DNA from: an uncultured Methylibium sp. | GTDB lineage: Bacteria > Pseudomonadota > Gammaproteobacteria > Burkholderiales > Burkholderiaceae_C | Assembly (NCBI GenBank): GCA_964384225.1 | Contig: CAYLKR010000001.1 | Location: forward strand, 1 to 42,457 | Direction of reading: 5' to 3' | DNA length: 42,457 bases | In this document: positions 18,284-27,628 of the stretch, in pieces | How positions within the stretch are numbered: the first letter of the stretch is position 1 | Layout of the letters: each line of letters begins with the position of its first letter | Translations under genes and position numbers: made by a program | Notes under the pieces: generated by a model | Databases searched by the model: none | What the model saw: the letters and a program-made list of their open reading frames with translations, nothing else | What the model was told of the DNA's origin: nothing

Positions 18284-18940
18284 TCAGGCCTTCGCCGCGG
18301 CCTGCTCGGCCTTCAGCCGCTGCACCAGGTTCAGGAAGCTGATCTTGGCGGCCTCCAGCCCGTCGACGATCTCGCTGGTGCGCGCCTGCAGGAAGGCGTG
18401 GATCAGCAGGAAGGGGATGGCGACCGACAGCGCGAAGGCGGTGTTGTTCATCGCGATCGAGATCGACGCCGACAGCAGCTCGGCCTTCTCGGCCGGGTTG
18501 ACCGCGGCCACCGCGGTGAAGCCCTTGATCAGGCCGATGATGGTGCCCAGCAGGCCCACCAGCGTGATCACGTTCGCGAAGGTCGCGATGTAGTGGGTGC
18601 GCTTCTCGAGGCGCGGCACGATCTCCATCATGCCTTCCTCCATCGCCGCGTCGATGTCCTCGCGGCGGCCCGGGCTCTGCATGCGCTGCAGGCCATTGGC
18701 GACGATCTTGCCGATCGCGGCGTCGGACTTCTCGGCGACGCTGGCCACCTCCTTGAAGCGGCCGCTCTGCAGCATCGGCAGCACCTGCGACCACAGCTTG
18801 CTGTTCTGCTGGCGGGCGCGGTTCAGGAAGATCCAGCGCTCGACGGCGATCGCCAGGCCGATGGCCATGATCGCGATGCTGAAGTAGATGGCGACGCCGC
18901 TGTCCTGGAAGAACTTGACGGCGAATTCGATGAGGGTCAT
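18284..18940 (-). CDS. MotA/TolQ/ExbB proton channel family protein (AglR-like)
   Basis: Three TMs, AIAVER, ANVITLVGLLGTIIGLIKGF, ISIAMNNTAFALSVAIP; CAGGAG RBS. Confidence 0.92.
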   Translation of the reverse strand: MTLIEFAVKFFQDSGVAIYFSIAIMAIGLAIAVERWIFLNRARQQNSKLWSQVLPMLQSGRFKEVASVAEKSDAAIGKIVANGLQRMQSPGRREDIDAAMEEGMMEIVPRLEKRTHYIATFANVITLVGLLGTIIGLIKGFTAVAAVNPAEKAELLSASISIAMNNTAFALSVAIPFLLIHAFLQARTSEIVDGLEAAKISFLNLVQRLKAEQAAAKA

Positions 18941-18976
18941 GACGATCTCCTGGGGCGACGAAAGGGTGAACCGGGG

Positions 18977-19255
18977 TCAGCGCGGCGCAGCGGCCGCGGG
19001 GCGGGGATGGATCTGGGCGTCGTAGCGCAGCTCGCGGCGGAACACGTCGCGGTCCACCGGTGCGAGCGCCTCGTCGAGCACGCTCTCGACCGGGCGGCCG
19101 GCCAGTGCGTCGGGCAGCGGCTTCTTCCACGGCACGATGTAGAGCACCTTGGGCAGTTCGCGGTTGCCGATGATCCGGGTCGCGTCGATGTCGGCGCGGT
19201 CCTGGGCGGCGGCGGGGCCGGCGAGCAGCATCAGCAGCAGCAGCGCGCGCTTCAT
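18977..19255 (-). CDS. Small exported protein (92 aa), positional GltF-like
   Basis: Signal peptide [17 protein letters not shown]; core [17 protein letters not shown]; ATGA overlap; lies between TPR gene and TolQ homolog. Confidence 0.75.
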   Translation of the reverse strand: MKRALLLLMLLAGPAAAQDRADIDATRIIGNRELPKVLYIVPWKKPLPDALAGRPVESVLDEALAPVDRDVFRRELRYDAQIHPRPAAAAPR

Positions 19256-19923
19256 GACGGCTCCAGCTTCGACACCAGCGTCGGCGCCGGCTTGCGGTTC
19301 TTCAGGTCGGCGATCCACTTGCCGACCAGGGCATCGGGGCCGGCGGCGAGCTGCTGGTAGCGCTCGTACAGCGGCAGCGCGGCCGCGGGCTGGCCGAGGT
19401 AGAGGTCGAGCAGGATCGCGAGGTTGAGGTGGGCGTCGGCGTGCTGGGCGTCGAGCGCGATCGCGCGCTCGTAGGCCGTGCGGGCGTCGGCGAAGCGGCC
19501 GGCGCTGCGGTAGGCGATGCCGAGCTCGTTGTGGATCGTCGCCTGCGCCGGCGCGGCCTGCGCCGCGCGCTCCAGCGCCGCGATGGCCGCGTCGAGGCGC
19601 CCCGCACGGCGATGGATCAGCCCGAGGTTGGCCTGCGGCCCGGGCAGGTCCGGGTGGGCGGCCGCCAGCGCCTCGAAGCCGCGCTGGGCCTCGGCCGTGC
19701 GGCCGGCCTTCAGCGCGGCGACGGCGGCATCGAACGCCGGCTGCGCGCCGGCCGGCAGTGCGGCCTTGGACGGCGCCGGTGCCGCGGCCGGTTCGAGCAC
19801 CGCCACGGCGGCGGGTGCCGGCGCTGCATCGCGCGCAGCGGGCAGCAGGCCGCCGACCGAGGCGCAGCCGCCGAGGGCCGCGCACAGCAGCAGGGCCGCG
19901 GCCCCGCGTTCAACGGATCGCAT
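19252..19923 (-). CDS. TPR-repeat lipoprotein (GltE-like by position)
   Basis: Lipobox LGGC; TPR units ([40 protein letters not shown]). Confidence 0.85.
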   Translation of the reverse strand: MRSVERGAAALLLCAALGGCASVGGLLPAARDAAPAPAAVAVLEPAAAPAPSKAALPAGAQPAFDAAVAALKAGRTAEAQRGFEALAAAHPDLPGPQANLGLIHRRAGRLDAAIAALERAAQAAPAQATIHNELGIAYRSAGRFADARTAYERAIALDAQHADAHLNLAILLDLYLGQPAAALPLYERYQQLAAGPDALVGKWIADLKNRKPAPTLVSKLEPS

Positions 19924-22720
19924 CGATCACCTCCTGGCCGCGTTCGGCCTTGCCGTAGCGCACCGGGCGCAGCGTGCCCAGCGCCTTGAAGCTCGCCGCG
20001 ACCCAGGCGTCGTAGACGCCCTCGGCGGCGCGGCGCGCGTTGAGCTCGTGCATCTCGATCGCCTTCTCCTCGAAGGGATAGGCCTGCTCCTCGAGCAGCA
20101 CGTCGTACTGCTCGCGCTCGATCTTGGAGAGCTTCTTCGGCCGCTGCGAGTCGAGCAGCGCGCGGCCGAAGTCCTGGTAGAGCGCGGCCGTGTGGTGGGT
20201 GGCCGCGGTCGTGACCTCGGCGACGCCGTACTCGGCCGCCACCGCATAGCCCTTCAGCGCCGTCTCGAACTTCGCCTTCTTCAGCCTGAGCTGCTTGGCG
20301 AGCGGCTCGACCAGCGCGACCTTGCGGTACTCGGCCACCGCCGGTTCGGCCAGTGCGAGCGCGGCCTGCGCGCCCAGCGTGCGCGTGCGTGGCGTGCGCG
20401 CGGCGCTGCCGGCCTGGTCGGCCTGGAAGATCTCCTTCATCAGCGCGGCCTCGCGCGCGGTGTTGCCGTCGGCCTTGGCGAGCGCGGCGAGGTGCGAGCG
20501 CGCGTCCAGCGCCGGCTCCAGCGGCTGCGGATGCTGCTTCAGATAGGCCTCCCAGGCCTTGACGGCGGCGGCGCGCGGGGCCCCCTGGGCGATGGCTTTC
20601 TCGCGCAGCGCGGCGGCCTGCCAGAGCGCGTCGCGCGCGACGGCCGGGGTGCTGGTCTTCGCGACGGCGAGCCGCTCGAACTCGCCCGCCGCCTGTGCCC
20701 AGCGCTGCTGCTCCAGGTAGGCCAGCGCCAGCTTGGCGCCGACCTCGGCCTGCAGCGGATGCGCCGGCCAGCGCTGGCGGAAGTCCTCCAGCGTGCGCGC
20801 CGCGGCCCCCCAGTCCTTCAGGCCGATCAGCGCGGCGGCCGCGTCGTACTGCGCCGTCGCACGCACCGCAGACTGCGGTGCGACCGCGGCGATGCGCGAG
20901 AAGTGCTCGACCGCCGCGCGGCCCTGGCCCTGCTCGCGCGCCTGCTCGCCCTGCTTGTAGATCGCCGCGGCCTGGCGCTCGACCAGCGCGGCGCGGCCGG
21001 CGTCCTTGTCGGTGGTCAGCGTCAACACCTCGGCATATCCGCGCTCGGCCTCGGCATGCGCGCCGCGCTCGAAGGCGGTGTGCGCGATCACGGTCCACGC
21101 GGTGCGGCGCTGCGCGGGACTGGCCGGCGGCGCGAGCGCGAGCACCTGGCGCGCGACCTCGGTGGCGGCGACGCCTTCGCCGAGCGCATAGAGCTGGTCG
21201 GCCGTGTCCGTCAGCACCGCGGGGCGGCGCGCGTCGTCGGTGAAGGCGGCCGCGAAACGCAGCGCGCTGGCCACACCGGCACGCTGCGCGGCCTGCGGAT
21301 CGGCGGCGCGCTTCGCCTGCTGCGCATGCGCCAGCAACGCGGCATAGCCGGCGTCGGCGCTCTTCGTGTGGGCCGGCTCGTCGTAGGCCGTCTTCTCGTA
21401 CTCGGCGGCGGCCTCGGCGTAGCGGGCGTCCTCGAACAGCAGCTCGGCGAGCAGGAAGCGGTTGGCCGCGGCCTGCGGGTCGTCTGGGTAGGACACGAGG
21501 AAGAGGCGGTACCAGCGCACGGCCTCCTGCACGTCGGCCGCGGCCTTGCTCTTCTGCGCCGCGGCGTGGTGGTGGCGGGCGAGTTCGGTGAGGTGCGTCT
21601 TGACCAGCGGCTGCGCCTCGGCCCAGCCCGCGGGGTTGGCGCGGCGGAAGTCGCTCTCGACGCCGTAGCGCGACACGTAGTCCTTCTTCGCGTCCAGCGC
21701 CAGCGTCGCGAAGCCATGCGCCTGGTAGATCTCGATCACGCGCGCCTGCAACTGCGGCGCCTGGGCGTGCAGCGGATGGCGGCGCGCGAAGCCGGCGAAG
21801 GTGTCGGCGGCGTCCTTCACGCGTTCCTGCTTCAGGTAGAGCGCGCCCAGCTCCTCGTGCACGCGGTGCTCGTAGCTGCGGCGCGCCGGCGTCGTCATGT
21901 AGGCGGCGATGGTCTCGGCGCCCTGCAGGTTCTGCAGGCTGAGGCTGGTGACGCGGAAGCTGTCCTCGACCAGCTCGCGCTCGGCGCGCTTCAGCTCGGG
22001 CGGCGGCGTGCCCTCGCCGTGCGCGAGCTTGCGGTCGAGCACGCCGAAGAAGGACGCCAGCGCCTCCTCCAGCCGACCCTGCTTGAAGCGCGACCAGCCC
22101 TGCATGTAGAGCGCGCGCTCCTCATAGGGTGTGTCCTGCTCGCCGGCCAGCACGGTGGCATAGGCCTGCTCGGCGCGCGGGTAGTCGCGCATCGCGAACA
22201 GCAGCTCGCCGCGGCGGAAATGGGCCTCGTCGCGGTGCGCCGTGTTCGGGTACTTCGCGACCAGGCGCTCGAGCGTCGCGAGCGCGGTCTCCAGCGCGCC
22301 GGCCTGCTCGTGGGCGCGGGCGAGCTGGTAGAGGATGCGGTCGTTGCCGGCATCGTCGGGGTAGGCGCGCAGGTAGTCCTGGTAGCGCGCGACCGCTTCG
22401 CGGTAATCGGGCTCGGCGAGCTTCGCGTCGGTGGCGGCGCGGCTGTCGGCCAGGTCCATCTCCAGGTCGCCGAGCCGCCGCAGCGCCTCGGCGCGCTGCG
22501 GCGCCTTCGGCGCGGCGGCGAGGAAGTCGCGGTAGGCGGCGATCGTCTTCGCCTCGTCGGTTCGGATGCCCTCGTCGGGAGCGACGGCGACGCTGCGGCC
22601 GGCCAGGCTCTTCAGCGTCGGCGCGTCGTCGCGGTCGGCGACGCTGCGCTTGCCGGCGCAGGCCGTCAGTGCCGCCAGCGCGGCGGCCGTCAGCAGCCAG
22701 CGCAGCTCAGCGCGCGGCAT
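19910..22720 (-). CDS. Large TPR-repeat lipoprotein (GltD/AgmU-like)
   Basis: Lipobox LTAC; many TPRs ([30 protein letters not shown]); C-terminal [20 protein letters not shown]. Confidence 0.85.
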   Translation of the reverse strand: MPRAELRWLLTAAALAALTACAGKRSVADRDDAPTLKSLAGRSVAVAPDEGIRTDEAKTIAAYRDFLAAAPKAPQRAEALRRLGDLEMDLADSRAATDAKLAEPDYREAVARYQDYLRAYPDDAGNDRILYQLARAHEQAGALETALATLERLVAKYPNTAHRDEAHFRRGELLFAMRDYPRAEQAYATVLAGEQDTPYEERALYMQGWSRFKQGRLEEALASFFGVLDRKLAHGEGTPPPELKRAERELVEDSFRVTSLSLQNLQGAETIAAYMTTPARRSYEHRVHEELGALYLKQERVKDAADTFAGFARRHPLHAQAPQLQARVIEIYQAHGFATLALDAKKDYVSRYGVESDFRRANPAGWAEAQPLVKTHLTELARHHHAAAQKSKAAADVQEAVRWYRLFLVSYPDDPQAAANRFLLAELLFEDARYAEAAAEYEKTAYDEPAHTKSADAGYAALLAHAQQAKRAADPQAAQRAGVASALRFAAAFTDDARRPAVLTDTADQLYALGEGVAATEVARQVLALAPPASPAQRRTAWTVIAHTAFERGAHAEAERGYAEVLTLTTDKDAGRAALVERQAAAIYKQGEQAREQGQGRAAVEHFSRIAAVAPQSAVRATAQYDAAAALIGLKDWGAAARTLEDFRQRWPAHPLQAEVGAKLALAYLEQQRWAQAAGEFERLAVAKTSTPAVARDALWQAAALREKAIAQGAPRAAAVKAWEAYLKQHPQPLEPALDARSHLAALAKADGNTAREAALMKEIFQADQAGSAARTPRTRTLGAQAALALAEPAVAEYRKVALVEPLAKQLRLKKAKFETALKGYAVAAEYGVAEVTTAATHHTAALYQDFGRALLDSQRPKKLSKIEREQYDVLLEEQAYPFEEKAIEMHELNARRAAEGVYDAWVAASFKALGTLRPVRYGKAERGQEVIDAIR

Positions 22721-24590
22721 CGGCGCCTCCCGGTCCCTGGGCGAGCCGCGCGCGGTCCTGCAGCTGCGCGATCGCGAAGCGGGCCTGAACCGTGTAGCCG
22801 TTCAGCCGCTCCTTCTGGCGCTGCAGCTCGGCGACCGCGAGCGCCTGCAGGGCGCGCTTCTGCTCGGCGGCCAGCGTGTCCACGCGCGGCATCAGGAGCG
22901 CGAGGCGTTGCGCCAGCGGCGGGATGCGCTGGGCGTAGGCGGCGATGCGCGCCGGCTCGTCGCGCTGCACCTGCGCGAGCGCGGCCTCGCGCCGGCGCGC
23001 CTCGGCCAGCGCCGCGTCGGTGTCGGCGAGCGCCTTGCGTGCGGTCCAGGCGCGCGCCGGCTGGCTCTGCGCGAGCTGCCATTCGAGTGCGCCGGCCGCG
23101 CGGCGCGTGCGCTCGCGCAGCGCCTCGGCCTCTGGCCCGTCGCCGAGCTCCGCCAGCGCGGCGCGCACCGCGTCCAGGCGCTGCAGCAGGGCCTGTTCGC
23201 GTTCGTCGGCATAGGCGTGGCCGTCCGCGGCGGTCTCGGCGTGCTGGAGCTGGGCGGCGAGGGCGTCGCGCCGCGCCTGCAGCGGGCCGCTCGCGAGGCT
23301 CCGCGCGCGGCCCAGCACCTCGGGCAGGCGCTCGGCATGGGCGCGCGTGCGCGCATTGATCATGTCGCCGAAGGCGCCCAGGCTGTCCTGCCAGCCCTTC
23401 AGGTTGCCTGCCAGGAAGAGCAGGTTGCGGTAGTTCTTGAAGCCTTCCTGGAAGTCGTGGCTGGCGAGGATGGGCGCCAGGTGGCCGGCATGCGGCAGCC
23501 CGGGCAGCTCGCGCAGCTGCCAGAACCAGCCCATCTCGCTGCCCGGGTTCTTCGCGGCCAGCGCATCGACCAGCGTGCCGGCACGCACCGCGGCGATCGA
23601 TTCGTCGAGCGCGCGCTGCTCGCGTTCGTAGGCGCCGATCGCGTCCTGGTAGCGCGCCAGCGCCTGGCCGTAGGCGCCCAGTTCGGCATAGGCATAGGGC
23701 AGGGCGATGCGCGCCTCGAGCACCGCGGCGTCGGCGGCGTCGCGGCCGGCGAGCTCGGTCCACGGGACGAGCGCGGCCTTCGGGTCCTGTTGCGCCGCGG
23801 CTGCCCAGCCGAAGCCGAGCAGCGCCTTGGCCGACTGCGGCCCGGCGAGCCGCACGCGCTCGAGCGCGGCGCGCGCCGGCGCGGGCCGTTCGTCCTTCAG
23901 CGCCGCGAAGCCGAGCGCCACGTTGGCCTTGTCGCGCAGGGCGCGCAGCTCCTCGTTGGCGGCCGGGGCGCGGCCCAGCTCGTCGAGCAGCGCGCGGCCG
24001 GCGTCGCCATCGCCGCCGCGCAGCAGCGCGACGCCGAGGTTGTAGCGCGCATAGGGCGCGGCCGGGCTGGCCGGTGGCACGGCGCGCAGCGTCGCCGCGG
24101 CTTCGGCCGGGCGGCCCGCGGCAAGCAGCAGGTTGGCATGCAGCAGCACGCGGTCCTCGTCCAGCGCGCCGGGCAGCGGGCCCTCGATGCGCGCGATCGC
24201 GTCCAGCCCCTCGGCGACGAAGCCGCGCTGCCAGCGGATCTTGGCGAGGTAGTACCAGGCGCGGTCGCGCACCGCCGGCTTGGCGCCGCGCTCGATCAGG
24301 CCGGCGAAGATCTCGCCGGCCTCGCGGTGCAGGCCGTAGGAGAGCAGCAGGCCGCCGCGCAGCACCTCGGCGTCGTCGCCGTGCCAGGGCAGGCGCTGGA
24401 AGTGCTGCGAGACCATCAGCGTCGTCACCGACGTGAAGTAGCGCTCCTGGAAGAAGTGGAACAGCGCATCGCCGTAATGCGGGTCGGCGACCGCCGGCGC
24501 GGGCTGGGCCGCGGCGCTCGCGAGCACGCAACCGAGCGCCGCGCCGGCCAGCGCGCGCTTGGAGCGATGCAGGGCGCGCAGCAGGTTCAC
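22707..24590 (-). CDS. Exported TPR + coiled-coil protein (GltC-like)
   Basis: GTG start overlapping upstream stop; signal peptide; TPRs (AWYYLAKIRW, ARYNLGVALL, ALLGFGWAA); helical C-terminal half. Confidence 0.8.
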   Translation of the reverse strand: MNLLRALHRSKRALAGAALGCVLASAAAQPAPAVADPHYGDALFHFFQERYFTSVTTLMVSQHFQRLPWHGDDAEVLRGGLLLSYGLHREAGEIFAGLIERGAKPAVRDRAWYYLAKIRWQRGFVAEGLDAIARIEGPLPGALDEDRVLLHANLLLAAGRPAEAAATLRAVPPASPAAPYARYNLGVALLRGGDGDAGRALLDELGRAPAANEELRALRDKANVALGFAALKDERPAPARAALERVRLAGPQSAKALLGFGWAAAAQQDPKAALVPWTELAGRDAADAAVLEARIALPYAYAELGAYGQALARYQDAIGAYEREQRALDESIAAVRAGTLVDALAAKNPGSEMGWFWQLRELPGLPHAGHLAPILASHDFQEGFKNYRNLLFLAGNLKGWQDSLGAFGDMINARTRAHAERLPEVLGRARSLASGPLQARRDALAAQLQHAETAADGHAYADEREQALLQRLDAVRAALAELGDGPEAEALRERTRRAAGALEWQLAQSQPARAWTARKALADTDAALAEARRREAALAQVQRDEPARIAAYAQRIPPLAQRLALLMPRVDTLAAEQKRALQALAVAELQRQKERLNGYTVQARFAIAQLQDRARLAQGPGGADAAR

Positions 24591-25105
24591 TGCCAGACCT
24601 TGACCTCGAACTCCGGCTGGAGCTTCGCCTGCGAGTCCTTGATGCGCAGCTCGATGTACTTGGGCTCGGTGCCCTTGTCGAACTTCAGCGTCGTGCCGCG
24701 CCGGTAGTCGCGCTCGTGCGGGCCCTTGCCGGTGAAGAAGGCCACCAGCTCGTGCGTGCCGGTCTTCAGGTTGCCCAGGTGCAGCCGCTGGACCCCGCCG
24801 CGGTGCAGCGCCTGCACCTCCTGCGGTGTGTACAGGTAGTTCGCGACCACCTTGTCGCCGAGCCTGACCTGCACCGAGTCGAGCTCGAACAGCTTGCCGA
24901 CGTCCATCGACACGAACACCGCCACCTGGGTGCTGGCCGGGAACAGCAGTTCCTCCTCGAGCACGAGCAGGTCGCGGTTGAGGCGGATCACGTCGCCCTT
25001 CGCGTCCTGGATGCGGCCGTCGAGTCCGGGCGACGCGGCAGGCGCATCGGCGGCCTGCGCCAGCGGGGCGGCGCACAGCAGCGCGGCGAGGAGGAAGCGT
25101 TGCAT
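24587..25105 (-). CDS. Exported hypothetical protein (172 aa; short coiled coil + beta domain)
   Basis: Signal peptide ...APLAQA; LNRDLLVLEEELLFPASTQVAVFVS; no HTH visible. Confidence 0.8.
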   Translation of the reverse strand: MQRFLLAALLCAAPLAQAADAPAASPGLDGRIQDAKGDVIRLNRDLLVLEEELLFPASTQVAVFVSMDVGKLFELDSVQVRLGDKVVANYLYTPQEVQALHRGGVQRLHLGNLKTGTHELVAFFTGKGPHERDYRRGTTLKFDKGTEPKYIELRIKDSQAKLQPEFEVKVWQ

Positions 25106-25120
25106 GGAAGGCCTCTTCGT

Positions 25121-26233
25121 CTAGAAGGTCGCGGTGAGGTAGAGCTGCAGCACGGTCGCGTCGAAGCGGTAGCGGCCGCCGCTGCGCAGGTCGGTGAAGT
25201 CGCGCCAGCGGTACATCACGCGCTCGAGGCCGCCGTGGGCGGTGAGCGCATAGCCGCCCGCATAGCGGCCGAGCGGCGCGCTGAGCTTGGCGCCGACGCC
25301 GACGCTCGTGTAGCTCGCGAGCTGGCGGTTGCGGGTGATGTAGCGCGTCTCGCTGGTCGCGTTGTCGCTGTAGAACAGCGCCGCGTCCTGGTTGACGACG
25401 CGCAGCGACCCGTCGGCCAGCCAGCCCTCGCGCACGTAGCGCCGGTAGCCGGCCTCCAGCGTGTGCGCGCGCACCGCCCAGGTGTCCCAGAAGTAGCGCC
25501 AGCTGCCATAGACCGCTGCGCCGCCGTCCAGGCTGCCGATGCCGCCGAGCCTGACCGCGCGCGAGGTGCGTGCGCGCGGGTTGCGCTCCGGCACCGCGGC
25601 GCCGAACACCCGCGCGACGCGGTACGGGCTGCCGAGGAAACCCTCGTCCGAGACGACCTCCGCGTTCACGCTCGCCAGCCAGCGCGGCGTCAGCACCTGC
25701 GTCAGCCCGAGCCGGTACTGCCAGTGCGTCGCGGTGTCGAAGTAGCCGACGGTCTTCTGACCCACGTCGTCGGAGCCGCGTGTGAAGCCCAGGCTCACCG
25801 TGCTCATGCCGCCGTAGACCTCCTGCGCCACGTCCACGCTGAGGCTGCGCGCCTTGTAGTCGGGCTCGGTGCTGCTCTCGCCGGAGACGCTGATCAGCGT
25901 GTCGCGCGTCAGGTAGTCGGCGCCCACGGTGTAGGCGCGGCGCGTCTCCTTGAACGGGCTGGCGGTCGTGACGACGTCGATCGACGCGTTGCTGACCATG
26001 TCCACGTAGTAGGAGCCCGACAGCGAGACCTTGTCGGCGATGGACTTGCGGATCAGCAGCGCCGGGCCGGTGGCGCGCACGCCGTCGCCGTCGTAGACAT
26101 GCGCCAGCGCCTCGGCGCGGTTCTCGGGCAGCGTGATCGCGCTCGCGTGGCCGGTGGCGAACACACCGCCGAGCAGCGCCGCCAGGCGCGGCAGCAGGCG
26201 GCCAGCAAGCGAGCGGGCCTCAGTTGCAGCCAC
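25121..26233 (-). CDS. DUF3570-family outer-membrane beta-barrel protein
   Basis: Inferred GTG start (VAATE) overlapping DUF4266 end; signal peptide; YYVDMVSNASIDVVTTAS, GFLGSPYR, YFWDTWAVRAHT; terminal Phe (LYLTATF). Confidence 0.82.
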   Translation of the reverse strand: MAATEARSLAGRLLPRLAALLGGVFATGHASAITLPENRAEALAHVYDGDGVRATGPALLIRKSIADKVSLSGSYYVDMVSNASIDVVTTASPFKETRRAYTVGADYLTRDTLISVSGESSTEPDYKARSLSVDVAQEVYGGMSTVSLGFTRGSDDVGQKTVGYFDTATHWQYRLGLTQVLTPRWLASVNAEVVSDEGFLGSPYRVARVFGAAVPERNPRARTSRAVRLGGIGSLDGGAAVYGSWRYFWDTWAVRAHTLEAGYRRYVREGWLADGSLRVVNQDAALFYSDNATSETRYITRNRQLASYTSVGVGAKLSAPLGRYAGGYALTAHGGLERVMYRWRDFTDLRSGGRYRFDATVLQLYLTATF

Positions 26234-26450
26234 AGCCGCCTCCCTGCACGCCGGTGGCGCCGCGCGCCCCCTCGCGCACGACGCGCACATGCTCGCGGTG
26301 CTTGTCGGCCGTGGCGGCACCCGAGAGCTGCATGATCGGATCGGCCAGCCGCTCGCGCTCGTAGGGCCGGACCCAGGGCTCGGGCAGCGCGCAGCCTGCC
26401 AGCAGCGCCGCGGCGAGGCCGCAGGGGAGAAAGGTGCGACGCATCGTCAT
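26220..26450 (-). CDS. DUF4266-family small lipoprotein
   Basis: Lipobox LAGC; VRPYERERLADPIM; C-terminal REGARGATGVQGGGCGCN. Confidence 0.88.
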   Translation of the reverse strand: MTMRRTFLPCGLAAALLAGCALPEPWVRPYERERLADPIMQLSGAATADKHREHVRVVREGARGATGVQGGGCGCN

Positions 26451-26965
26451 TCCTTCAGCAGCTCGCGGATCTCGGCCTCGTAGCGCTGCTCGAAGCCGGC
26501 ACGGTAGCCGCGGTGGATGCTGCGCACGACGCCGTCGCGGTCGATGATCAGCGTGGCCGGCATCGCGCTCATGTCGTAGCGGCGGCTGACCTGCTTGTCG
26601 GTGTCGAGCAGCACCGGGAAGCCCAGGCCCAGCCTGGTGGCGAGCTCGGCGGCCTTGCGCGGGTCGTCGTCGACGTTGATGCCGAGCAGCACCAGGCCCG
26701 AGGCGCGGTACTTGTCGTGCAGCTTGGCGAGCTGAGGCAGCTCCTCTCGGCAGGGGCCGCACCAGGTGGCCCAGAAGTTGACGAGTACGACGCGGCCGCG
26801 CTGCTCGCCGAGCTTGAGGTTGGGGCCGTTCAGCGCGCGCAGCGTGAAGTCGGGCGCCGGCGACTGCGGCGCGACGGCGGCGGTGGCGAGCGTGGCCGTG
26901 GCCGCGAGCAGCACGGCCTGCAGCGCGCGGGCGGTGCGGCGGGCGAGGGCGGGCGGGGTCCTCAT
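26447..26965 (-). CDS. TlpA/ResA-like periplasmic thiol-disulfide oxidoreductase
   Basis: Signal peptide; APDFTL, VVLVNFWATWCGPCREELP, cis-Pro MP motif. Confidence 0.92.
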   Translation of the reverse strand: MRTPPALARRTARALQAVLLAATATLATAAVAPQSPAPDFTLRALNGPNLKLGEQRGRVVLVNFWATWCGPCREELPQLAKLHDKYRASGLVLLGINVDDDPRKAAELATRLGLGFPVLLDTDKQVSRRYDMSAMPATLIIDRDGVVRSIHRGYRAGFEQRYEAEIRELLKE

Positions 26966-26973
26966 CGCACGCC

Positions 26974-27612
26974 TCAGAAGTACCAGGCCAGGCCGGCCGT
27001 CAGCTCGATGTTCTGCGTCGTCTCGCGCCGGCCGAGCAGGTCGATCGAGAAGATGTGGTCGCGCACGTCGAGCTGGATCGCCGCGCGGTCGAAGGCCAGC
27101 ACGCGCCAGCCGAAGCCGATGTTGACGGTCTGGCGGCGCTGGTCGACGAAGCGCGTGCTGCCGACGCCGCCGATCAGGTAGAAGGCCGTGGCCAGCGCGC
27201 GGTTGCTGCCGAGGAAGACCTCGCCGGGCAGCACGTTGTAGCCGACCGACAGGTTGTAGGTGGTCAGGCGCTCCTTCTCGTCGACGAACACGCCGCCGGG
27301 CAGGATCTGGCGGAAGGAGTGGTCGCTGACGTTGGTGCTGGCGACCGCGGCCTCGACGAAGAAGTCCTCGCTGAGGTGGTAGCCGAGCTTGAGCCCGCCG
27401 ACCGCGCTGCTGCCGAAGTTCTGCGTCGACCAGCTGCCGCCGACGAGCGCGATCGACCAGTCCTTCGACGGGAAGCGCGGCAGCTTCACGTCGCGCCGCG
27501 CGACCTCGGGCACGACGACCTGCTCGTCGGCCGGCCTCGCGCTCGATTGCGCCCAGGCCGGCAGCGCGCTCAGCAGCGCCAGCAGGGTGGTGACGAATGT
27601 TCTTGTTCGCAT
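26974..27612 (-). CDS. Small outer-membrane beta-barrel protein (GltA/B-like)
   Basis: Signal peptide ...PAWA; amphipathic strands (LKLGYHLSEDFFVEA, YNLSVGYNV); terminal LTAGLAWYF. Confidence 0.85.
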   Translation of the reverse strand: MRTRTFVTTLLALLSALPAWAQSSARPADEQVVVPEVARRDVKLPRFPSKDWSIALVGGSWSTQNFGSSAVGGLKLGYHLSEDFFVEAAVASTNVSDHSFRQILPGGVFVDEKERLTTYNLSVGYNVLPGEVFLGSNRALATAFYLIGGVGSTRFVDQRRQTVNIGFGWRVLAFDRAAIQLDVRDHIFSIDLLGRRETTQNIELTAGLAWYF

Positions 27613-27628
27613 GGGCTCGCTCGTCGTT

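Noticed and set aside
19517-23359. Very long plus-strand ORFs (1280 aa here; also 12858-16061, 29052-31934, 36137-38260)
   Set aside because: Antisense shadows of well-supported minus-strand genes; expected at this GC content and lacking any motifs
16144-24590. Standard Tol-Pal or TonB-ExbBD iron uptake system, or a complete gliding apparatus
   Set aside because: No stand-alone tolB, pal or TonB-dependent receptor in the operon; no cytoplasmic gliding components visible
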